DNA of 64,000 bases from Eledone cirrhosa. Its lineage: Eukaryota. The notes under the pieces are model-generated. The model saw nothing but the letters and a program-made list of their open reading frames with translations, was not told the origin of the DNA and ran no database searches. The stretch lies in the NCBI GenBank assembly GCA_964016885.1, contig OZ024742.1:223944001-224008000 (forward strand). Reading direction: 5' to 3'. Each line of letters starts with the position of its first letter. The stretch's first letter is position 1. The position numbers were made by a program, and so were the translations under genes. Positions 13,661 through 27,293 of this stretch are shown one piece after another.

Positions 13661-14610
13661 TAGAGAAATTAACAGAGTTATTAACAAGTGACCTAGTGTT
13701 ATCTATAGGAGGAATTGGATTGGAGAAGTTATTTACGAATAATAGTTTCTTGATTTAGAATGGTATTAAGAACATTTAACGAAGTTGCGTTTAACGTCGT
13801 ATTGGGGTTTGCAGAAATTAGCCTAGAGTTAACAATGACGTCGGGAGTACTACTGCTATTATTATGATATTCAGTGTTGGAAGGAAGAGATTTAGTATTT
13901 AGTATTTTATTGTTGTGTTTAGAGATAATGTTGGAGATGTTGGAGGAGGTGGAATAGGAAAATGTTATAGTATGTTTGTTTCTCTTCATTAATTTTCAAA
14001 TTCTTTTAAATTATATATTATCTTCCAACGGCTTTTTAACCTCTCTCTGTAAAACAATATATATTTTTCTCAGTTATAAAGGCTCTCTCTCTCTTTCTAT
14101 CACCCATCTCTCCTCCTATCTCATCCTTCCTTATTATACTCCTCCCCCACCATTTTTTACTCTCATCTCCTCCTCTTTTTCATCCTTTCCACCCCCCCCC
14201 CCCTCATTTTTTTCCCAATATCACACATCAATCTTAAATTACTTTTCATATGTTGATTTAAAACTGCACTATTCACAAGTGTTTTTTAACCTTCATATCT
14301 TTATCCCTATTTTATCTGACGGAAACGCAAATGTCATCGCATGATGATATTTGTTTTTGAAATGCGCATAATAAAATACATGGAACTCTTTTAACCATCT
14401 TTTGATCTTATATTATATATATATATATAGTAATAATAATAAATGTGAGGACTAAAATCCAAAGAGGGCTCGATAAGGATAAATATATATCAAATATATA
14501 AGAACCCTAGAGCAAATATTTATTAAAATAACAGATTAAAGTTTAAGCAAAGAATCCCTGCCTTCACCCTTAAGCAGCGATTCTTTGCTTAAACTGTAAT
14601 CTGTTATTTT

Positions 14611-14850
14611 CAGCACCAACAGTTTTGCAAGAGATATCAACATGAATGGACCTACTATTTTTATGTAAAGACATTTTTTCCAATTCCATCCCGCCCGTCC
14701 CCTCAATCTTTCTTATTTCTCATTCTTTCTTCTGATGAAGGACTGGCGTCCGAAACGTTAAGACCCTCTTCCTGCTATATCAGGCGTTAACCTAATATAT
14801 ACCTTCCATATACTGTACCGATTGTGTTGTTATTTCTGTTTACCTTTTAC
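14611..14850 (+). mobile_element. PLE 3'-end fragment with minimal hammerhead (14728-14763); same family as 38770-39015
   Basis: tctt-CTGATGA-aggac-tggc-gtcc-GAAA-CG-TT-aaga; near-identical to the sequence downstream of the GIY-YIG remnant at 38.0-38.3 kb. Confidence 0.8.
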
Positions 14851-15172
14851 ACACACACACACACACACATGTATATATATATATAATGGAAAAATTTGAA
14901 CAGGAACAAAACAGAGAGGCAGTACAACGAATGTTTATTAATTTCACGCTCTGTATATATATATATGTATATATATATATACATGCTTGTATACGTGTAT
15001 ATATATAAGTGTGAGTATCTATTTGTACATGTTTGTATGTATGTATGTGTGTGTGTGTGTGTGTCAGAAACATTAAAGCTCTTTTCTTTTTAGCTTTAAA
15101 CTAATACACTATTATTGTAATGTGTTGTTCTCTGATGTTTATTATATTTTTTTAATACAGGAACCTCTCTCT

Positions 15173-15239
<67 letters not shown>

Positions 15240-15295
15240 AGTGCGTGTGTATGTGGATGTGTGTATGTGTATACATATGTTTATATATGTATATG

Positions 15296-15372
<77 letters not shown>

Positions 15373-15566
15373 GCGTGTGCATATGTGTGTGCGTATGGAA
15401 GTCATATGTGATATGCTTAGTAGTCATATGTTTAATCTCACAGTGAATACATATATATCCCGTGGATAAACCACCGGAACTACGGCAGTAGTTGGAAGTA
15501 AAGATCATTTGACTAATTTTATCTTTCGTTAAAGATTCGTCAAGGGTCGACTACTTAATATACATC

Positions 15567-15650
<84 letters not shown>

Positions 15651-16289
15651 ATAGATAGATGTGACTCAACGTATAATATGCTACCATTCTTTCACAAAAA
15701 TAGATTTCACCTTGTTTTGATGAGATATTCATATTAACACAACATTGATTTCGAACAATGTTATAAGTCGTACCTTAATTAGGAAAAATATTAGTATATT
15801 ATGTCATATATATATATATATATGTGTGTGTGTATATATATAAGGACAACACAAAAGGGCACATGCCACATGCCTATAGACGTGTGTTCGTATGTGTGAA
15901 ACATTTCCTGAAACAATACAGCACATGGCGTTAGGATGTTCTATGCCAGTCCCTACAGAATATATTTGGAGACATTATATCATAGCCAAACCAGTTTACA
16001 TACACCCTACCAACTGAATTTCAGCTTCTGTAAGAAAATGTAATCTGCTACTCATATGGACTACTGTCTCTCCACCGAACCTTAAACATACCAAGAAAAT
16101 ATCCAATGAACCTGCGTTTTATATGGTACAGAATATTAAGAGTTAACCGAGAGCACCTTTGTTAAACTTGAACGATACTAGGTATGTTCGCCAAGCTCTA
16201 ACTTATTCTTCTTCCAAGGAAAGGAAACGTCTGATATAAAACATGGTTAACAACAGCAGCATCAACAACAACAACAATAATGAATTCTA

Positions 16290-16640
16290 ATTGAGGCACA
16301 CGGCCAGCAATTTGAAGGGGAGGGGAAAGTCGATTAAATCGACCTCAGTGCATTACTGGTCCCTTATTTTATCGATACGGTAAGGATGAAAGGCAAAGTT
16401 AACCTCGGCGGGATTTGAACTCAGACCGTAAAGGGCCGTAACTCTATGCTGCAAAGCATGGCGTCCGAACCTCTACCGATACTGCCAATCCACCATAGGC
16501 ACATAACATAATAATAGGCATACGGCCGCCAGCAATTTGGAAGAGGGGCAAGTCGATTAAGCCGACCCTAGTACCGATACTTTATTTTATCGACCCCGGA
16601 AGGATTCAAGTTTGAAAAGTTGACCTTGGTGGGATTTGTA
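16290..16640 (-). mobile_element. Two tRNA-derived SINE copies (one full, one partial)
   Basis: Minus-strand A-box-like TGGCAGTATCGG and B-box-like GAGTTCAAATCC; shared core ttattttatcgacccc..aaggatgaaaggcaaag. Confidence 0.85.
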
Positions 16641-17380
16641 CAATCCCCGTAGCCGCCACCGCCACCGCCACCACCGCCTCCGCCTCCGCGACCGCCGCCG
16701 CCGCCACTGCCGTGAAAAAAAAAAAATCAACACTATAATATATGATGTTAGCTACATGAATGTTGTTCCTCCTCATCCCCCCCTCACCTCCACATCTTAC
16801 CCCCCACAAGCCAACAAGATCCCGCACCTCCACCTCGTCCTATGCCCCCCCCTTTCTGAATCAACAAGGCAACCCCCTCCTCTCCTCCACCTCTCTCCCA
16901 TCCCTAAGCCAACAAGTCACCGCACCTCCACCACCACTTCCACCTCCTCCCCCTGCCCCCCTCTGAATCAACTCCCCTCTCTCCATCCGCCTCTCCCCCA
17001 TCTCTAAGCCCCCCATCCACCTCACCTCCTCCTCTTCCCCCATACCCCCCTCTGAATCAACCCCCTCTCTGCTCCGCCTCTCCCCCATCTCTAAGCCAAC
17101 AAGTCACCGCACCCATCAACTAAATAAACATATCACATTAAAAAAAAACGGCAGGGGTGGCGTAACCAAAATTCTCCTGACAAGCAATAATAACAGCCAG
17201 GGATGGAGGGGGGGGGGGGTGGAGGGAGAAGAAGGGATGGGGGAGGAGGGAAAGTGGAGAGATGGGAAAGTGGAGAAGGTGTGTCTGACAGAGAGGTGGA
17301 AGTGGGGGGGGGGGGGGGGCAGCTAAACAAACATAAGATCATCATCAAGTTAGTGCCAGCGGAACGAAGAGAGGAAAGTG

Positions 17381-17477
17381 AGAAGAAGAAGAAGAAGAAG
17401 AAGAAGAAGAAGAAGAAGAAGAAGAAGAAGAAGAAGAAGAAGAAGAAGAAGAAGAAGAAGAAGAAGAAGAAGAAGAA
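17381..17477. repeat. (GAA)n microsatellite
   Basis: Direct reading. Confidence 0.98.
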
Positions 17478-17847
17478 ATGGTGGTTGACATATTTACCAC
17501 CTCAAAAACATTTTTTATTATTGATAAGCAGCAGTGTCTGTGCATATATATATATATATATATATATTATAAAACACATGAACCATATGACAACCACTTT
17601 GTGTTAAATTTGTCTGGTAGTTTTCATCATGTATGTGCTTTCATATTTTTCTCCCTATCTCTCTCTCTCTCTTACACAGTGTTGACAAGATGGTCAGTAG
17701 TAGAACACCTGCTATTTATAGCTGCCTACGTATGTATCTATCGTAAAAAAAACATCCATCAATTTATCTACATATCATCTAGCTGCTTATCTACCTACCT
17801 GTGCCTCTACATAACTTATATCTATCTATCTATCTATCTGAGATAAA

Positions 17848-20800
17848 TCACACCAAAACAAAAGTATGGAAACACATACGGCACAAAAAATAGAGAACAA
17901 GAAAAAAACACAACTTCACAAATGAATTCCACAACCACAAATCAAGCAATTGAGAACAACAAAAACAACAACAACGACAACAATGACAACAACAACAACA
18001 GCAACAATGATGACAACAACACCAACAAGAATAACTCCACAAACAAGGAAAAAAAGGTTTCGTTCGCACAAACTGTCCAAAAGACGGAACTATATACACA
18101 AATTGACATCTCTAATGCCGGAGAATTGCTAAGAGATGCCAAGCAATATATAACTTTTGGGAAGAATGGCGCTTTTAGCATCACTTCTCCCCAAGAATTG
18201 CGTAGAGAAACTGTCCTGAAAACTATAGTTTTCAGGACAGTTTCAAACACCACTAGAAAACCAGCTCAATTAACTTAAAACGAAATTGAGCTGGTTCTAA
18301 GAAACTCCATGAAGGACATTACCTTCATACAGAAGGGAAAACTCTTCGGGAGTTTATCAATAATAATGAAAGACCAATTGACAGTACAGAAATATTCTGT
18401 GTCACCAATTGTGTCCCCCCTCTACACCTTTTCCCCCACATATATGGGAAAAAGAACCCCAAAAATAAGGGTAACAAGCATCACAGCAAATGTAAATATC
18501 TGGCGGATATTGAGTGACTTTATCAACTTTGATGAAAACACAATAATTTCGGTAGGAAAGTCCTCCAGGAGTATATTCAACGGTACTAGCTTATAAGTTC
18601 TGGTCCAAATGAGGCCAGAACGAATAGCTAGAATCCCATAACGTGTGCCTCTGGATGAAGTTTCCTACATAAACATTTCTGTTGAGGGTAGGCGGCCTTC
18701 ATGTTACCACTCTTTAAGCAGTGGTCACCTGAGGGCTTCCTGTCCTCAATTAACTGCATTTAAAAAAAAGGCACTACTGTTGACACCCAACACAACAACA
18801 CAACCACCACCACCACAACAACAACAACACACAAAAATAACCAAAACAAACCAAACTGCAAACACAGTCCCACCCAAACCCTCTCCACCTAAAACAACTC
18901 CAAAAACACCCACAAGCACAACAGCTCCCCAAAACGTACCCCCCCCCAATCAAACAGACACCACAACGGACGAAGCCCCCTCGTCATCACTCAGTGATGA
19001 TGAGGGAGAACCCCTCCGCTCCAAAAAGAAAAAGAAAAAAAGACATAACACGAACAAAAAGGCAACAAACACACAACCACCAACACAAACAACACAAACA
19101 TTACAAACAAAAATCCCCCCTCCCGAAAACAAACAACGACAACACTCCAAACACAAATACACAAAACAAAACAAAAACACACACAAGAACAACAGACAAA
19201 AACTAACACAACACAACAAAAATATTATACATACATAAACACTGACAATAAAACCTTGATGGAGGTATCTCCAAAAACCCTTCCGTGGAAACCGAAGGAA
19301 AATATTTTACCAAATGTAAAGACAAACATAATTTAAGGATGATTAGGGTCCCTACGGACACCTATAAGTCCTTAAAGGAAAACTTTGTCGAGGATGTGGA
19401 GAATATGTGTGTTAAACCAACGAACCGCGTCCCTTTGAAACGTTTCCCCACCCCCACCCAGACACCGCCACCCCACCAGACACCCCTCCCCACCAAACAT
19501 CTCCGTCCCCAACCCGCCAGGAACCACCACCCTACCAAACAACCCCTCCAACACCCCCATGGACATTGTGCAGTCTGGTCTCCAGGAAGCGACGAGGTAG
19601 GTGAATTCTTTCCTCTTCTTTTCTAACTCTTCCTCACCAACATGGCCGATATAAAAGTCGGATGTGTGAATGTGCGCGGCCTGGGATGCCCTGGAAACAG
19701 GGCAAACTCTTAAACGACCTCAGGCCGCACAGTATTGATGTAATTTCTATCTGCGAGTCCAGGATCCACAGCGAGCGACAGCTGGCTCCCATCTTCGATG
19801 ACTATGAGATCTACGCATCTCTATGTCAGCCGGGAGGTGGGTGCGGGGTTGCCGTTTTGCTGAGGAAACACCTGGGCCTTGTAACACGGAGGGTCGACTG
19901 GTGGTCCTAGACGTTGACCGTAGTGAAGGTGGAGCCTTCAGGCTGGTAGTCGCATATGCCCCATCCGGTACTCCGCGGCCAGACTTCTTCAAACGTCTAG
20001 AGACTTTTCTGGGAACTTTTAGAGGGGTACTGGAATAGAATCCTAGATGCACGTTGGGACTATGTGGGAACATGTCCCGATAAAGGGGGGTGTAACAGCC
20101 TCAAACAGTTAATCGGCCGATTTGACCTGGCCGATAGATATCGACTAGATTTTCCGACTGTGCCACTGTGGACGTGGACTAATCGCAGTGGAACATCTAG
20201 ATCGTACCTAGATAGGGTTCTAGTTAGAAATAAGGATAGCGACATGTTAAGCTGTCCACAAATGTTCATGGTTGCCTATTCAGATCACAAACTAGTGACC
20301 TGCATGGTCAACCTTGATAGAACCCATAGACAAGGCCCCGGCTACTGGAAGCTGAACTTGTCGTTACCGACATGCAAAGCCTACAGTAGACGGATTAGCA
20401 CTTTAGTTAAACAGCACTTGACAGGGGCCATTGTCAACAACAGATGGTGGTACTTTCTCAAGAGGGCAGTTAGATTAGACTCGTTAGTTTTTAGTAAAGA
20501 ATTCGCGTTAGATAGAAATAGGACCGAGAAGAAACTGGTAGTTAAAGTAGAAGAGGAAATTAGAAGTGGCAACGTAGCCAGCGCGCTAGCAACGAGAACG
20601 GCCTTGGACCAGTTCTTCAACCCAAAGCACGAGAGCTGCGTTGTCAGAAGCAAAATACGTGCTCTGGGTAACGAGGGAGCCAAAGCTGTTAGCTGGGCCC
20701 GGGTGACGGAGGCGAAAAGTGGCAACAAGTCCACGATTCGGTGTTTGCAGGACCAAGACGGACGCGTGATACGTGAGTCGAAGCAGATGTGCGCGGCCTT

Positions 20801-23205
20801 TCAGCGGCACTTTGCTCAGCTGTTCGGGCAGGGCGGCGCGCCTGGAGGGGCTATGGATTTCGGTCCATACCTCGACGGCCTGCCGCTACTCTCGGACAGC
20901 GTGGCGAAGTTCTGCGAAAGGGCGATTTCATCCGCTGAGATAGGGGACACGCTGAGCCAATGCGGCAAACGCAAATCTCCAGGTCTCGACGGTCTACCCT
21001 ACGAATTTTACGTACCAATGCCGGACTTGTTCTCTGTTCTCCTGGAAGCGGTCTAGTGCAACTGGCAGTAGAACGGGAGAATTTCCAGTTCTGTGACCAG
21101 GGGCGTAGTCACGCTAGTCAGGAAGGATGAGAATAAGGGGGATGACATAGGCAACTTCCGGCCCATAACTCTGCTAAACACAGAGTTACAGATTTTGGCC
21201 AAGGTGTTGGCAAAGAGGCTGGCACTTGTCGTCAAAAACCTGGTGGGAGAAGCGCAGACATACGCAATCCCAACCAGGTCCATACACGACAACCTCCACC
21301 TCATGCGATACATCGTAGAGAGGGTTGGGTGTAAACCCGGCTTCGGTGGGGCCCTGATCAACTTGGATCAGTCTAAGGCTTTCGATAGGGTTGACCATCG
21401 TTACCTGGATGCGGTGCTCGAGGCGGCAGGCTTCGGACCCAATCAGGGGCTGAATTGCTGCAATGCACAGCATCAACATCTGCTCAAGAATCAAGGTGAA
21501 TAGCTACCTCTCGGAGCCGTTCCATATCACGCGATCCATCCGACAGGGATGCCCTCTCTCCTCCCTTCTGTACGTACTGACTCTCGAGCCACTACTGCGG
21601 AAGTTGGAGTTATTGTAGGGCATCCCTCTGGAACCGGGACTGCGGAAAGCGGCGTCGGCCTACGCCGACGACGTAACAGTAATGGTGTCGAGCACGTCGC
21701 AAATCGAGGAAGTCGGCACCTTACTGCAGGAATACGAAAGATTCACAGGAGCGAAGCTGAACCGGGACAAGTCCATCGGTTTGCAACTCGGATCGTGGAG
21801 AGGCAAACCGATACCCTCCGATGGCGTCGTCGGACGCTGGACGGAAGGACCGGTGAAGCTGCTCGGGGTCTGGTTTGGTCCGGACCTCCAGGTGGAGAAG
21901 AACTGGAACGAGGTGACGGCCAAGGTGTTTGAACTCACCCAGAAGTGGGCCGAGTGCAAACTATCCTTGAAAGGTCGAGCGGAGGTGGCGAACTCTTTTA
22001 TAGCGTCCGTCATCTACTACCGCTTGACCGTCGTGCCTTGTCCAACCAAAATGCTCACCAAAATGGAGCGCGCGCTCTTCCAATTCCTTTGGAAGAAGCG
22101 GGCTCCTTTGGTGAGGAGATCCATCTGCTGCCAACACCCTTCCAACGGAGGGCTGGGGTTGCCGTGGCTAACGATGTGCAAACACGCGCTCAGGCCGCGG
22201 CATCTCCACGTATTCCTCACCGGACAACCGGTGTGGGCCCCGTTCGTGAGGCGAGCCTTCCCACGACTCGTCTCGCTGACTGAGCTGCAGTCCTGGGTCA
22301 AGCAAAGACCGAGGAAAATGGGCGACTGGCACATCGAATATGCTCAGGCGCTCACAGCCCTCTGGCAGGCGGACTTCGTCATACTATAGAGGGTTGGTCC
22401 GCAGCAAGTGCGACGACGCGCTCGGAGAAACTCTAGGCGTAGAGGAAGACGAACTGTCCAGTCTGTTCGGTAGGACTTTTTGCCCGGGACCGATGGACAA
22501 CTTCCAAAAGTCCCTGGCCTGGCAGTGCTACCGAGGAGCTCTATCACTTCGAGACAAGCTCTACAGACATGGGTGCCCGGGCAGGGACCCTTCGAAAAAG
22601 ATCTGTCCGAGATACGTGCGAGACGAAGAAACCGTCGCGCACGCATTCGTGCACTTCCCGGGCGTTACCGACCTGTGGGGCTATGTAGAACGACTATTGT
22701 CGCGGGTGGGAACAATCCGGTTGACCACCGAGTCCATTGTCATGATCAAACCGCCACCCTCCTTCAAAAACGAAAGAGAGGCGGTTTTCCTTTGTGTGAT
22801 AGCTATGGCGAAAGAGGTTGTATGGTGGACAAGGTTGAAAGGGCTGAGGTCAGACACCTTTCTCTCCGGCCAACAACCTTCTTTTTTCAAATACCACTTT
22901 GGAAGAAGTATCAGGATGGAGAGAGAGGTGCTGTACCCCAGCAAGTTTTATGAAACGTAGGTGAAAGTGGCGAGAATGGCCCGAGTGAATGAGTCTTCTC
23001 TCTATATCAGCCTGTAGGTTGAGGAAAAAGAGGAAGAGAGGAAGGGGGTACTCACTCTTCATACTCCTGGAGATGAGGGTTGCACATTTTTTCGGGGGTA
23101 TGTGTTACCCATATGTAATGTCTCCCTCTATCGGGGAAAACCGATTAATTTTTAAATTGTTTTTGTGGTAGTATTTTACACGTTTTTATTGTATGTATAC
23201 ACACT
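17848..23205 (+). mobile_element. Near full-length, decayed Tx1/L1-clade LINE (ORF1 plus APE-RT ORF2)
   Basis: ORF1 remnants with a degenerate zinc knuckle CYHSLSSGHLRASC; ORF2 from ATG 19642 (NVRGL, WTW..SYLDRV, SDH, GYWKLN, SPGLDGLP, RPITLLN, LDQSKAFDRVDH, QGCPLS, YADD at 21661, GGLG, ET..H); many stops and frameshifts. Confidence 0.92.
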
Positions 23206-23699
23206 GTATTCGCTTTTTACACGTAGATGAGTTCGTGAACGCGGCGCGTAAAGCAGATTAACACAATTCAAGTCTAGTATTTCTGATAAATAAAAAAATT
23301 ATAAACCAAACGCATTATAGCGCATTACTCGCGTAAAGTAAATATTCATTAACATTTTTTAAAGACGCGTTAAAGCGAATTTGCAGACTTCAAGTTCGCG
23401 TAAAAAGCGACAAACTGTATTTATTATTATTAGCGAGATTACACTCTGTTACTTCCTTTGAGTTTCGTGGATTGTCGAGGATCACGAAATTGGGAATGGT
23501 TTTTATATATAAAATGGTTTTTACGATGGTTGCTGGACACTACGGCTTAATACGGGATGTTTGTTTACAAACACACCGAGCATTATAATAAATGTTCGGT
23601 GAATCCATACGTGCATATATATATATATGTGTGCATGTATGTATATATATATACATACTACTGTACGTCTGTATACATATATCTATGTACGTGTACATA

Positions 23700-23771
<72 letters not shown>

Positions 23772-23773
<2 letters not shown>

Positions 23774-24223
23774 AGGATTGGAGTTCTGAAATAACGATGT
23801 ATACATGAATGTATGTATAGTATATTTGGCAATATACCGTATGTTTAATTAAAAACATTTAGAAGACCATACGCTATCAGTTTTAAAGTAGTGACTTTGT
23901 CACTTACTTCTTTTCAGCGAAAGAAGGGAGAGAAGCTGACAGTCTGTTTCACGCTGGTTGGTGTTCATCAGAGCCACGTACTCCCCTGCTTTTGCCGAAA
24001 ATTATAGAAGTTGGATTCTTATAGAATTCCAGTAATAATCAGGAGCTGATTATGCGGAGCGATTGCCGGTCCAGCAAAAAATAGGTATTAGGATTGGAGC
24101 TCTGAAATAGCGATGTATACATGAATGTATGTATAGTATATTTGGCAATATACCGTTAAGTGACATATTCACTACTTTAAAACTGATAGCGTATGGTCTT
24201 CTAAATGTTTTTAATTAAACATA
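23772..24223 (-). mobile_element. Hammerhead-bearing 316-bp unit (1.2 tandem copies) plus short inverted arm, in (TA)n
   Basis: Direct repeat 23772-23840 / 24088-24155; inverted repeat 23840-23894 / 24169-24223; hammerhead - 23935-23974 gct-CTGATGA-acac..gcgt-GAAA-CAG-a-CTG-TC-agc. Confidence 0.8.
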
Positions 24224-24229
24224 TTTATG

Positions 24230-24336
<107 letters not shown>

Positions 24337-24472
24337 GAATAATCGAGTATCGGAAAATCAGCTCACGAATTAACCATATATATATATATATATATAAATG
24401 AAAGGTATATAAAACATATATATATATATATATATATAAATGAAAGGTATATAAAACATATCTATATATATA

Positions 24473-24510
<38 letters not shown>

Positions 24511-24513
24511 TAT

Positions 24514-25140
24514 AGTTGAAAATGAACGAACAAAACACAGGAGGCAATTGTACACAGTTATATTAGGTTCATGCTTGGTGGAAGTGGAGGAGGTTTCAAC
24601 GTTTCGGGCTTAAGTTCTTCATCAAGAAAGTTCGGATAGGGGGAGAACAGGAACTCAGAGAAGGAGTAAGGAGGGAAGTTACAAAGTAAAAAAATACAAT
24701 ATAATAAAAATAAAAATAGAAGGGGTAGAGGGTGGGGGGTGGGGTGACATGGGTGTGGTAGTGTGTGTGTGAGTGGGTTGAGGGGGAGAAGGAGGAGAGA
24801 GGGGGGATAGAGGGGGCTGTAAAAATACTCAGAGTTGAGGAAAAGACGGCGGAGAGTAAAGTGTGTGCGTGTGTGTGTAGATGTAAATATGTGTGTCTAA
24901 AAAGAAGTGTGTGTGTGTGTGTATGAACATTTGTTAACTAGTAAGTACAGACCCGTGAGTGGTATGTATATGGGTGATGTGGGAATGGTGTACATGTCTG
25001 TGTGTGTGTCTATGTTCTTGTATGGGTGTTGGTATGTGTGTGTGTGTGTGTGTGTGTATGTGTGTGGGTGGATGGTTAGAATCCGGACGTCGATGGACAA
25101 GATAAGAACGTGTAGTCAAATCCGAGGATAGTGGCGAAGA
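24514..25140 (-). mobile_element. PLE-type 3' end with degenerate minimal hammerhead (24594-24629)
   Basis: Sense tttc-TTGATGA-agaac-ttaa-gccc-GAAA-CG-TT-gaaa; terminus related to 27007-27160 and 14890-14945; inner boundary uncertain. Confidence 0.55.
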
Positions 25141-25861
25141 ACGTGGAAAGTGGGTATATATATACCACGTGACTACTAGCAGTGTTTACTACTAGTTCTT
25201 GCAACCGGCGGAGGCAGAACGAAAACTTGTTGACGAAGTAAATTCCACTGTTCTATCTTCCAAAGCTCAATTAACTTGCAGGCCCCAGCAAATAGATTTT
25301 GTTGATTTCGGATTTACAGAAACCTAGTGGAGATGTTATATAATATTATGTAATATGTCCACGATGGTCCAGGTAACAGTCAAACTTTTCCCTGAGTCGG
25401 TTTTTTCGTTGTTCTGGTCCTAGCGGCTCGCTTTTCGGTCGCTGGCTTCAATTTGCATAGCTGTCTAAACGTAATGTTATAACTCTAAGGTAAAATTCCT
25501 TATTGAGTGCTTTTGGCTGCACTTCCCGACAGCATTCGTTAGCTTGCCCGCAGCCAGAGCTTCGATTATGCTGTACTACCACCTTCTTGTACATACCTAC
25601 ATACATATAGATTGAGTAGGCGAAGAAAGACAGAGAAACGCAGACGACGTAAGATAAAATTTGAAAAAAGAGTCCCGCTTGGCTAAAATCATACAAAATT
25701 GATAAAAAAAAATGTTTGATTTATACGTTAAGACCTCAAATTTACAGCAAACAGATTTTAGACTTACCCTCGCTTATATACACATATATACACCAGGTCT
25801 GAACACAAAAGGACCAAGCTCCCACTGACACTGCTTCCGTCTCTCCCGCTCTCCACATCTC

Positions 25862-25990
25862 TCACTATTGTGAGCAATTGGGGTCCCACGCGCTGGCCGC
25901 CCCAACTGTCCCAGCGGACAGAACGGCGTTTCCCCGGAGGATGGCGAGGGAGATGAGGCGGAAGAAGCGTTCCAGTTCGCGAGGCTCACA
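25862..25990 (-). pseudogene. C-terminal remnant of a CRE-like (restriction-like endonuclease) non-LTR element
   Basis: EPRELERFFRLISLAILRGNA, matching the QRxSLAIxRGNA motif. Confidence 0.65.
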
Positions 25991-26497
25991 AATTATGTGA
26001 TACGCCCACGCCCACGCACACACACCCCCCCCCCACGATACACACACACACACGACCCCCCCCCCCCCCCCCCCCACAACCCCCCACACGACACACACAC
26101 ACATACACCCCCCACACACACGACACACACACACACACACGACCTCCCCCCCACACGCACACACACACGACACACACGCACACACACGCACACACACGCA
26201 CACACACAAACTCTCTCTCTTTCTCACGCACACATATATATTCATATGCATAGACACACAAAAATGTTGATACCACGAATAAATGTTCAATGTAAAGTGA
26301 ACTGAATAGATTCATGTTAATTTATTTATTCATTTATTTATTTCTTTATTACAGTAGAGCTGTCAGTGACCAGTTTACAGAGAGCGCGACGAAAAAGTTG
26401 AGAGCACGAAAATATAATATATGATTGACTTTTTTAGTTTCAGAAGATCCCGTTAAGGGTGAAAGCAGTGATTCTTTGCTTAAACTTTAATCTGTTA

Positions 26498-26535
<38 letters not shown>

Positions 26536-26536
<1 letters not shown>

Positions 26537-26740
26537 GTTATTCCGGGTTGAATCGGAGGTAACCACAGTAAGTAAGGTACTCAATACATAGCAGAGTATA
26601 ACAGTTTTAATATAGATGAGATTCTACAGGACTAGAACTGTTTCATTCATTAGAAATCATCAGGAATCTCAGAGATTCCTGATGATTTCTAATGAATGAA
26701 ACAGTTCTAGTCCTGTAGAATCTCATCTATATTAAAACTA
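26536..26740. mobile_element. Miniature foldback: two hammerheads head-to-head (- 26618-26670; + 26672-26724)
   Basis: Perfect palindrome 26603-26739 centred on 26671; gagattc-CTGATGA-tttc-taat-gaat-GAAA-CAG..CTG-TA-gaatctc. Confidence 0.85.
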
Positions 26741-26759
26741 TATATATATATATATATAT

Positions 26760-26992
26760 ATATTGTTATACTTAGGGAGGGTCATGTTGCCAATAAGAAA
26801 CACACACGCACCAGTTGCTTTCACTTCAATTTATTATAATAAATTTATAAATTTATAACTTTCTGGTTGGTTGGTTGGTTCCACAACCAGATAGTTGTTT
26901 ATATATTGTCATAGTTCTTTCGTATAACAATATCGGTTTCAACACACGATTTCAGATAAAGAATCTTGCTAAACAAATTCAGAAACGAAATA
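26760..26992. mobile_element. Miniature foldback of the PLE 3' terminus shared with 47901-48840 and 55610-57146
   Basis: attgttatactt.gggagggtcatg terminus and gaatcttgctaaacaaattcagaaacgaaa match those elements. Confidence 0.7.
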
Positions 26993-27006
26993 TATATATA
27001 TATATA

Positions 27007-27163
27007 GTCAAAAATTGAACGGGAACAAAACAGAGAGGCAGTGCGAACAAAGGTTTATTAGTTTCAAAGGTTTATTAGTGGTGGGGAACGACGTTTCGGG
27101 CATAAGCCTTTCTTCAGGTGAAAAGTGTGTGGGAAGAGAGTTCCAAGGGTGTGTAGGGGAGTG
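27007..27163 (-). mobile_element. PLE-type 3'-end fragment with minimal hammerhead (27088-27119)
   Basis: Sense ac-CTGAAGA-aaggc-ttat-gccc-GAAA-CG-TC-gt. Confidence 0.6.
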
Positions 27164-27293
27164 ATATATATATATATATATATATATATGTAGAGGTTAT
27201 ATTTAATTTGTTGGGATTCAACAAGCTTAAACATTTTTATAACTGATATAAAGCACTCAACAAGTTAGTGGAGTAAATACACAATATATTAAT

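Larger units (their letters stand above)
12013..14418 (-). mobile_element. Penelope-like element, 5'-truncated, with inverted 3'-end copy (about 13981-14418)
   Basis: Minus-strand remnant CNCPVKNKCPLNNHCLEKNLVYECNV..TYFGSTSTSFKARLYNH..CNICLCEK; arms 12104-12537 and 13981-14418 are inverted; hammerheads - 12142-12208 and + 14310-14376; (TA)n flanks. Confidence 0.88.

Noticed and set aside
23203-23422. 14-bp imperfect inverted repeat (tcgctttttacacg / cgcgtaaaaagcga) with nearby actgtatt duplication
   Set aside because: Possible old MITE, but the TSD is offset and there is only one copy in the window
25140-25775. Unique-looking segment with a minus-strand GTAAGT donor-like site and an 82-aa ORF
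   Set aside because: No recognisable protein motif or supported exon structure
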